Source: Eledone cirrhosa (taxonomy: Eukaryota). Taken from it: a stretch of DNA of 64,000 bases. The stretch covers positions 22,878,001 to 22,942,000 of the forward strand of contig OZ024758.1 of NCBI GenBank assembly GCA_964016885.1, written 5' to 3'. This document shows positions 52,487-64,000 of this stretch, piece after piece. The notes below the pieces were generated by a model, which had not been told where the DNA came from, ran no database searches, and saw nothing but the letters and a program-made list of their open reading frames with translations. The position numbers and the translations under genes are program-made. Position 1 is the first letter of the stretch; every line of letters begins with the position of its first letter.

Positions 52487-52858
52487 GAAAAATTTGAACA
52501 GGGACAGAACAGAGAGGCAGTACAATAAATGTTTATTAAAATCACGCTCAGGAGAGTGGGGGGTAGGTGGGGGACGACGTTTCGGGCATAAGCCCTTCCT
52601 CAGGTGAGAAGTGTGTGGGAACAGAGTTCAAAAGGTGTGTAGGGGAGTGGTGGAGAGACATATAGCGAAAGGAAACGGTGCGAATGAAAAATTAACAAAT
52701 AAAGACAAAAAATATAAAAAAATAAAAATAAAGCATGATCAAAATACAAGGAATGAGAAAATTTAAAAAAAGGCATGATCAAAATAAACTGAAATTAAAA
52801 GGGGGGGTAAACAGGTGGTGGAAGGGTGTGGGGTGAGTAGGGGTGGTGGCGGGTGGAG

Positions 52859-52894
<36 letters not shown>

Positions 52895-53334
52895 ATACAT
52901 TAGCAACCGTTCCAACAACTATATCGAACGACTCTAACAACGGACATTAAGAAGTGGCTACGATTAAGTTGATACAACCTGACGTCATTTCTACAGTTCG
53001 GCAGACGATTCAAGTTCGTAGGCTTGAAGATTAATTTTTCCTTTTCGGAAATTTCCACTCAGAAATCTTTATAAAATGCTTTACTAATTAGCCCAATTGG
53101 TTATTGATATTTGCCAATTTATCGTTTCTTTTCAACAGATATAATGTGCGTCATCTATTTTTTTCGAGAAAGAAAAAAAGGTATTTGTTTCATGAGATTC
53201 TCTGTGTTCTCTTAATATAGATTCTGAACTCGTTACATATCGATTAAAAACATGTTATTACTATATTACTAAGCTGGACAGATACCCTTATAGATTTCAA
53301 ACAATGTACGTATGTGTGTGTGTGTATATATATA

Positions 53335-53379
<45 letters not shown>

Positions 53380-53399
53380 GTATATATACGTATATATGC

Positions 53400-53466
<67 letters not shown>

Positions 53467-53514
53467 TGTGTTTGTGTGTGCGTGCGTGTACATAGATACA
53501 TATATATAAATATA

Positions 53515-53618
53515 TACACAAGGTGTTCCAAAAAAACGTATACACACTTTGATTACCTGTATAGGCAATATTTATTCGAATGTACAGCCTTTGTGTATAC
53601 ATTTTTCGGACACCGTGA

Positions 53619-53620
<2 letters not shown>
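53515..53620. mobile_element. Short Tc1/mariner-like MITE in (TA)n
   Basis: CACAAGGTGTTCCAAAAAAACGTATACAC...GTGTATACATTTTTCGGACACCGTGAG imperfect TIRs with TA flanks. Confidence 0.6.
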
Positions 53621-53655
<35 letters not shown>

Positions 53656-53864
53656 CATACACAGACACATATATATATCTATATATATATGTATATATAT
53701 TATATATCTATATATATATGTATATATTCATTAGAAATCGATGATTTCTAATGAATGAAACAGTTCTAGTCCTGTAGAATCTCATCTATATTAAAACTGT
53801 TATACTCTGCTATGTATTGAGTACCTTACTTACTGTGGTTACCTCCGATTCAACCCGGAATAAC

Positions 53865-53921
<57 letters not shown>

Positions 53922-54032
53922 CGTTGGAACAAAAAAAGAAAAAATGATCTAAATTACTTGGCAATTAGCGTTTTTCTTTAATTATTAAAAAAGAAAAAAA
54001 CTCGTCTATCTAATTTATTACCTGTCTGCCTG

Positions 54033-54113
<81 letters not shown>

Positions 54114-54170
54114 TTCAAGAGTAACCAATCTTAAAGAGAGAATTTGTGGTCTTGTTTCGCTTAGCTAATG

Positions 54171-54209
<39 letters not shown>

Positions 54210-54396
54210 GCATACCAACACAATTCTGTTCGCATGCCAACACAAGAGCAAGAATGAAGTGTTCATTCTACTGACATGGCTATAAAATTGAGGCTTGTTT
54301 GCACAATTGCAAACGAATCGAATGTTATTATTAATATTCGAAAAACTCAGATTACATTTATTGTATTCAGCCATATAGAGCGAAATTTTTATTTTT

Positions 54397-54463
<67 letters not shown>

Positions 54464-54856
54464 TTATTAAAATAACAGATTAAAGTTTTGGATTTTAGTC
54501 TTCAATTTTATTATTATTACTAATATATATATATATATATATTAATAATTGTTTCTACTTTAGGCACAAGGCCAGCAATTACCCAGTTCATTACTGGTAC
54601 TTTATTTTATCGACCCCGTAAGGATGAAAGGCAAAGTCAACCTCGGCGGGATTTGAACTCAGATCGTAAAGGGACGTAACTATGCTGGAAAGCATGGTGT
54701 CCGACCCCCTACCGATACTGCCAATCCACCACCCTTAATAGATATATATTAATAATAACATTCGATTCGTTTGCAATTTTGCAAACAAGCCTCAATTTTA
54801 TAGCCATGTCAGTAGAATGAACACTTCATTCTTGCTCTTGTGTTGGCATGCGAACA

Positions 54857-54906
54857 GAACTGCAGACATTAATGTTTCTGGGTATCACCCTTCATCAGTA
54901 CAGCTC
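54857..54906 (-). ncRNA. Type-I hammerhead ribozyme motif
   Basis: GAGCTGTA-CTGATGA-[AGGGT GAT ACCCA]-GAAA-CATTAATG-TC-TGCAGTTC. Its downstream flank (54746-54859) is present inverted at ~54223-54337. Confidence 0.9.
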
Positions 54907-55204
54907 ACTGCTCACCTGCCAAACTGTCAGAGCTAGTGAAAATATATGCTATTTTCAAAAATATACAGTGACTGTATATTTAGCAGACTGGCTGATCAGT
55001 GAGATCTGCATATTAGCAGTTCCATTGATCAGCCAGATTTGCATATCAGTAGACTGGCCAGTCAGTTTCCTGTATACGAGCGATAAATGGCCGGCTTTGC
55101 CAAATTCAAATAAAAAAGAAAAATTTCACTCTACATGGCTGAATACAATAAATGTAATCTGAGTTTTTCAAATATGTATATATATATGTATATATATATA
55201 TATC

Positions 55205-55278
<74 letters not shown>

Positions 55279-55381
55279 CTCAGCTCAGCCGTCGGGATCC
55301 TGAATCTTTTCATATTACCCATTTTACTACCCCATATATATATCTATTATATATATATGTTTACCTTACCACACCTCTTTG

Positions 55382-55416
<35 letters not shown>

Positions 55417-57116
55417 GTGGTAAGATAAACACATATATATATAATATATATATATATGTGTTTATTTATTAAAATAACAGATTAAAGTTTTAGCAAAGAA
55501 TCGCCGCATTCACCCCGAAGATCCCGTTAAGGGTGAAAGCAGCGATTCTTTGCTTAAACTTTAATCTGTTATTTTAATAAATATTTGATCTATTGTTCTT
55601 ATATATTTGATATATATTTATCCTTATCGAGCCCTCTTTGGATTTTAGTCTTCACATTTATTATTATTACTATATTAGGGCGGTGAATTGGCAGTATCGG
55701 TAGAGGGTTGGACGCCATGTTTTCTAGCATAGTTACGTCCCTTTTCGGTCTGAGTTCAAATCCCGCCGAGGTTAACTTTGCCTTTCATCCTTACGGGGTC
55801 GATAAAATAAAGTACCAGTAATGCACTGGGTAATTGCTGGCCTTGTGCCTAAAGTAGAAACAATTATTACTATATATATATATATATATATATATATTTC
55901 TAAAATGCAGTGGGAATACGAAGAAAGCAAGAACGGGGAGGGGGGGGGGGGAGTTTTCCTCATCAGTTGTCTACTGGAGGTCTCGGATATTTCTACGCTT
56001 TAAAGACAAGATATCTATCGCCCCAGGGCGTTCAATAACTGGGTAAGTTATTGGGAAAACGGAAGAAGGAGCAAAGGGAAAGAAAAGAGAAAACAGTAAC
56101 AAAGCAGCGAAAAACCAACAACAAACCGAGCAATGTGCGAACAACTCTAGGTAGGAAATCCAAGACCACTCGATAAGAGAACTTAAATTCAAGACTGAGT
56201 GGTCGAGTGGAAGGAGAGAGCCACAGGTCCGATCGCCGCAGGTGTAAGTGAGAAGAGAACTGCTAAACGGGCAGGCGAGGGGGTTGAAAGTGAGAGGGAG
56301 AAAGGGAGAGGAAGAAAGAGGGGTGAGAGTAGATAGGGAGAAAAGGAGGGGAAGAAAGAGGGGTGAGAGTAGAAAGTAGCGAAATAGGTAGGTAGAAGGG
56401 GAGAGAAGAATGGTCACAGCGAAAAACATGATGAAATATATGGATAATAGAAATGGCTGTGTAGTTGCTATTTAAGCTTTCTGAATGGCTCCCCTAAGTC
56501 ACCTAAGTGAAATCTTTCTGATTTTTTTATCCCAACTTTTCAGTCGTAACCTATCTTTCTATCATTTTTGCGATCGAGGAAAACAACGTGTGCGAATTCT
56601 GAAGAAACAAATGAAAACAACTTGAGTTACCACATTTCTTTTTAATGTGGGCACGAATGTAAATTAGCGTTTGCGGCCCGCCTGATGATGACCCATATCT
56701 CATGCGGCCCTCTTCTCAAAAAAGGTTTCCCATGCTTGCTTTAAAGTTTAAACTGATTCATCAAAAACGTCTTTTGAAATGTTCCAAAAGAGAATCGAAC
56801 GGCCAAGCATTTGTCGTTAAACATTTCTTTTTTGGATTGTAAAATGGTTGTTCTGCAGTGGTGAAGTGAATGGTGTAGTGTTAATACATCTATTATATAA
56901 ACTACAGGTTTAAATCCATTCAAATTATATTTCAACAGGTTGAATAGGACACCAACAATGTTTATTGAATATCTATATAAATAAAAGTTGAATCGCGTCC
57001 GTCCGTATGTCAGTCCTGCTCGTGAGATGAATGAGATAAAAAGAAAGAAGTGGGACACTGAAAATTGTGCGGCGAAAAAAAAAAGATCAAACAGCGTTTC
57101 AAAGATCTGTGTGAGA

Positions 57117-57227
<111 letters not shown>

Positions 57228-60200
57228 TGTGTGGGTGTGTGTGTGTGTGTGTGTGTGTGTGTTTATATAATACTAGATATATACAGTTCATTCTCTAACG
57301 GAGAATAAACTGTATATATCTAGTATTAGTTATGTAATAACTAATAAGCTCTGTAACTAATAAGCTCTGTAACCTACATAGAGCACTCTTTTTTCCAGGA
57401 CCTTTCCGACGGAATCACTTCATTTACACATATATCTAGTATTATATAAAGCAAAGCAAGAGAAAAAAAAAAAGATATATTACGTCTGAGTAAAATTGTT
57501 TTGATTTGCTTCAATTTTCATTTTTTAAAAATATTCTTTTATCTTTCGGCAATGTGAAGGGTATTTTTTTTTTAAATCTCATGCAATTGAGGTTTGTTGT
57601 TTAGTGCCAAGTTATTCTTGATCCAGCAGACCCATGATCAAAGGCACTCCAGCCATGACTATCTCGTCCTTTTAGGAATATCTAAGACTACGTAATTTAA
57701 CATCATTTTCTTTTCTAAGAGAGTAAATAATCTCTTTTCTTTCTTTTTTTGTAGGAGATTTGATTGTTATTTCATGTAGATGGTGCAACCACGTTGAGGC
57801 GTTTTTGTTGCTTCAGCTGCTTGTCACAAGAGAAGACATCTTTCACCCACCCCAAAGTGGGTGGCAGATTTCCCCGTCGGACGGGGAGAGTTGATAGTTC
57901 TGTATTTTACTCAGTAAAGTTAAGCCTACCAAACATCTTAGGGTTCATAAAAAGGTTGGGGAGAAATGAAGCAAAATGGGGGAGATTTTCCATAATGAAA
58001 GCTATACAAATTTTCACAAGAGAAGACATCTTTCAACCACCCCAAAGTGGGTGGGAGATCTCCCTGTCGGACAGGGAGAGTTGACAGGTCTGTGATTTTT
58101 ACCGTTTTACCTGGAGGTCATATCATCATTTCATTTTACGTCCGCTTTTCCCTGCTTGCAAGGGTGGGACGGGAACTGATTCTGGCTTGATTTCTACAGC
58201 TGGATGCCCTTCCTAACACCAACCTCATTTACAGTGAGTGCTGGGTGCTTTTTTGCCGTGGCACCTCCACGGCCACTTTGCAGTGGAATGATATGGACCC
58301 CAGTCCCTATCATCTCATTTCTACAGCTGAGTAAACTGGAGCAATGTGAAATAAAGTGTCTTGCTCAAGGAAACAACACATCACCTGGTCTGAGAATTGA
58401 ACTCACAACCTTTTTGATTGCAAGGCCAATGCTCTAACCACTAAGCCATGTGTCATAGAGGATAATTCAAAAGGAAATTCAAAATTGTTACAGCATAGTG
58501 GCGGTGGAAAGAGTTGATTTCAAACACTTGTATTTAGCTATTTGTATTTGTGAATTAACCTTCTGCCTTCAAATCTCACTGAAGTCAACTTTGTCTTTCA
58601 ACCTTCCGGGGGGGGGGGGGTCGATAAAATAAAGAACCAGTCCAGTACTGGATTCGATATAATCGACTTTTCCCCTCCCCCTCCCACCAAATTGCTGGCC
58701 TTCTGCCAAAATTAGAAATTATTTTAGCAGCCAACAATAGTTCATATTAATAATAACGCATAGTAGAAATCGAACTCAAATGAAAAAAAAAAAACAAAAA
58801 AAAAAACAAACCTTTTTTTCTGAACTGAAATAACTACTGCACATTTGATTTATATTATTAGTTTCAGGAAGTAGTTTATACACATTTATAGGCTGTTTTT
58901 CGATCCTATCATTTACAGCAGAGGATTATTGTCGCGTTTTTATTGGTCGATATTAGCCTTACGTCATTCAAAATATGATTTGGTCTAATTTGAAAAAAAG
59001 GAAGAAAGAACGAAAAACATGTTTACTAAATTGATATATTTCTCCGTTTTCAGCATTGCGGAGCATTTTTTTTCATGGTTCATAGTTAATATTTCATTTT
59101 CTAAGTTTTGGTATTTACGTTTCAGTGTTGTTTACCTCTAAGTCAGCCTTGATCGGCCAGGTTTACAGTCGAGAGCTTCCTGTCGTAGACATCCGGCCTT
59201 TTTTTATTATTTTTTTTTTTTTTATTCATTCGTAGTTTATTCGGGACCTCATGAATCAATATGCTCCCTTTAAAAAAAAAAACGGTATTTTGCGAGCTAG
59301 GTGGCGAATTGACAGAGTCGTTAGAACGTCGGATAGAATGCTTTGTAGTATTCGTTCCGGCTCTCTACTCTCTGAGTTCAAATCATGGCGACGCCACCTT
59401 TGCCTTTCATCCGTTCGAGGTCGATAAAAAAGTACCAGTCTAGTACTGGGGTCGATTCTTCCTCTATATCTCTCTCTCATTTTCCTCGCTCTCATTTTCT
59501 ATCTTTCTCTGGAAGAAATCTGCCTGGAAAGGGATGGGCTCCGTCAGGCTTAAAATGCCCCTAAAACGCCGTATATCAATACTACGCCCCTACGACTCTA
59601 TCAGGAGGTACGGGACCATACATACATACATACATACAGTGTATTCGGGACCACATTAGACAATATGCTCCCTTTTTAAAAGTCGGTACTTTGCGGGCTG
59701 GGTGAAAAATTTAACTTCTACTTCTCAGACCTGAAAACCTTTAAAAACCCAAACGGGGAGTACCATGGAAAAAAGTGCCCCAAAACGGGGAGAAATGAGA
59801 CAAAATGAGCTATACCCCTTTTCACAAGAGAAGACATCTCTCACCTACCCTAAAGTGGGTGGGAAATCTCCCGGTCGGACGGGCAGAATTGACAGGTCTG
59901 TTTCTACTTCTATTTCTAGCAATTTGAACAATTCCTCAGAGGCTTCTTTCATTGTTACACTTCCTGTTTAAAAGGTTAGTTTTGTAGCAAAGATAAGATC
60001 CTGGTAAGTAAAATTAGAATGAATCAGTTCTGACGCCTCGTGAAATTGTATCATTTACGTCACAAATATTCTTGGCAAGGGTTAGAAATTAAGAATTTTC
60101 CATCTTCTTAATGTGTAGTCAAACGCACCATTGTAATAAATTACATTAAGACAGCTTAGTCTATTTGTAATGAATCTCTCAATTGAAATTATTCAATGGT

Positions 60201-60899
60201 AAGAGCGATGAAGGAGTAAGTAAATTCATGGCTTCCTTTACTCACTGTAGCTATTTTTCTACGAGAAAAGCATCAACTGTTGCTTGAGTTATTAAGACGT
60301 CTCACAGCTGCAATTTACGATTTCATGATCTCACCCACCGGGGATGGTTTGAAGCAATATGGCTGAATGGTTAAGTTGTTCATTTCACTCTCATTCGGCC
60401 CCGAGTTCTATCCCGTTACATGGCATTTCGAACAAATATAATTTACCATTTGCCTTGGATCTGCCCCCACCCCAAGCCATTTGAGTGAAATTGTGAGGAC
60501 GGAAACTTTTTCGTCGGATGGACTGTTACTGTGATTCAAAGAGCCATCTTTGTCACGCAATCTGACACTGAATCTCCCTGTGGGTTATGTTATGTTATAA
60601 ATCACGCCTGTCTCTGTTCCTGTTACCACAATCATTTCACTCTTCCTATACATCTGGCTATATATATATATAAAGCCGTGGAGGCACGTGGCCTAGTGGT
60701 AAGGGTGTTGGACTTACGATTGTATATATATATAAGTTTATCCCGGGTTCAGTCGAGGGTAACAACAGTAAGTAAGGTACTCAATACAAAGCAGAGTATA
60801 TATATATATATAGTACGTTATTCCGGGTTGAATCGGAGGTAACCACAGTAAGTAAGGTACTCAATACATTGCAGAGTATAAAAGTTTTAATATAGATGA

Positions 60900-60948
60900 G
60901 ATTCTACAGGACTAGAACTGTTTCATTCTTTAGAAATCATCAGGAATC
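60900..60948 (-). ncRNA. Type-I hammerhead motif (mirror copy 60960-61008 plus; truncated relative 53740-53791)
   Basis: GATTC-CTGATGA-[TTTCTAAAGAAT]-GAAA-CAG ttctagtc CTG-TA-GAATC, inside a small palindrome at ~60891-61017. Confidence 0.8.
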
Positions 60949-61011
60949 AGATTCCTGATGATTCCTGATGATTTCTAAAGAATGAAACAGTTCTAGTCCT
61001 GTACAATCTCA

Positions 61012-61064
<53 letters not shown>

Positions 61065-61580
61065 TACATTTTGTCCTTGAAACACACTGTAAATCAAATC
61101 GGTGTTTATATACAAATCTGCCCTCTTTAGGACAAAGAAAACTTATTATAAAGACTTACGTTTGTAAAGCTTGTTTCTCAGAATATTTGAATGTATTTCC
61201 ATGAATAAGCTTTGGATTAAATTCATTGGCCCAGATCTCTTTCAGAAACTGAAATAGAAACATTATTGTCATGGTGGATAAAATAAAGTACCAGTAATGC
61301 ACTGAGTAATTGCTGGCCTTGTGCCAATAGTAGAAACAATTATTGTCATGGTGGATTGATAGCATCGGTAGAGGTTAACTTTGCCTTTCATCTTTACATG
61401 GTCGATAAAATAAAGTACCAGTAATACACTGGAATAATTGCTGGCCTTGTGCCAAAAGTAGAAACAATTATTGTCTCTTGTACACGTATTCTTCAACCTA
61501 AAAGACGCTGAAATAAAGACATTTGTTTGTTTGTTTGTTTATTTATTTACTTCAGTGTGAATAAGAAACAGCAGAGAGGT

Positions 61581-63213
<1,633 letters not shown>

Positions 63214-63228
63214 CTAATATTACTACTT

Positions 63229-63860
63229 TCTATATATTACTAAAACTCTGCGATTGCTTGCTTGCTTGCTTGTCTGTAACGTAATACAGCCAAAAGGGCA
63301 CATAATCGGAAAATACTTTGAAGGGAAGTCGACTCTGAAATGGGGATACGAAATGGAATAAAACAAGTTTCGCGTAAATCGGAACACGGGTTCCCGAGAT
63401 ATGGGTTTTTCCGGGTACCTTCATAAATAGAGAGAGAGCGAGAGAGAGAGAGAGAGAGAGAGAGAGTAAAAGAGAGACGTAGAGAGAGGGGGAGGAGAAT
63501 GAGAAGGTGAATGGAAGAGAGAGAGAGAGAGAGAGAGCTGGTAGTGTTGTTGTGTATATATATATATGTGAGTGTGTATATATATATATGTGTGTGTGTG
63601 TCTATGACCAGTGTATATAGATCACAGACGCCCACATATATATACACACACACATACATGTATATATATATATGTATACACACATACACACATTTATATA
63701 TATACATACACACACGTATATATATGGGCCTTCCAGTTTCATTTCACATTATATACTTGTCTGTGTATATTTTAATTATTTAAAAATTACTTTTAAGTGA
63801 ACATGATTTTTAAAAAATATTTCGAAGGGAACGTGACCCAACGGGTCACGGGTCGTCTAG
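63229..63860 (+). mobile_element. Non-autonomous Helitron-like element
   Basis: Starts TCTATATATTACTAAAA with a (CTTG)n tract. Ends with hairpin GTGACCC-AAC-GGGTCAC, 7 nt, then CTAG|T. A similar 5' end is at 56972 (TCTATATAAATAAAAG..GTCCGTCCGTATGTC). Confidence 0.7.
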
Positions 63861-63870
63861 TGTATAATAA

Positions 63871-64000
63871 TAATTGTTTCTACTTTTGGCACAAGGCCAG
63901 CAATTACCCCAGTGCATTAGTGGTACTTTATTTTATCGATCACGTAAGGATGAAAAGCAAAGTTAACTTCGGCAGGATTTGAACTCAGATCATAAAGGGC
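63871..64000 (-). mobile_element. OK-like SINE running off the window end
   Basis: Same consensus as 136-711. Confidence 0.9.

Noticed and set aside
55955-55975. CTGATGAGGAAAACTCC on the minus strand as another hammerhead
   Set aside because: I could not identify a matching GAAA, stem III and stem I.

Overview
AT-rich, microsatellite-dense eukaryotic DNA. It is almost certainly from an octopod cephalopod, inferred from abundant tRNA-derived SINEs resembling the octopus OK and OR families. Host-gene content is small and confined to the left ~13 kb: a probable first coding exon on the minus strand (11367-11019; signal peptide, TM helix, GTAAGT donor; best guess Na+/H+ exchanger SLC9A) and a possible terminal exon on the plus strand (3936-4027) ending in an acidic-dileucine motif. 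The rest is mobile DNA: SINEs, RTE, Tx1 and RLE LINE relics, a DD37D (maT) transposon, piggyBac-, hAT- and Tc1-type MITEs, Helitron-like elements and minisatellites. The most striking signal is not in the ORF track. From 15 kb to 61 kb I can fold by eye about 20 type-I hammerhead ribozyme motifs from roughly 10 sequence families. They sit in short elements embedded in (TA)n tracts, often at the outer ends of near-perfect 150-500 bp palindromes, and a Penelope-like GIY-YIG relic lies among them. They include a U3-A8 compensatory core variant and a ~110-nt stem II variant. Two loci carry a SINE whose 45-bp promoter head is tandemly amplified 11-12 times. All calls are by manual reading; no searches were run.
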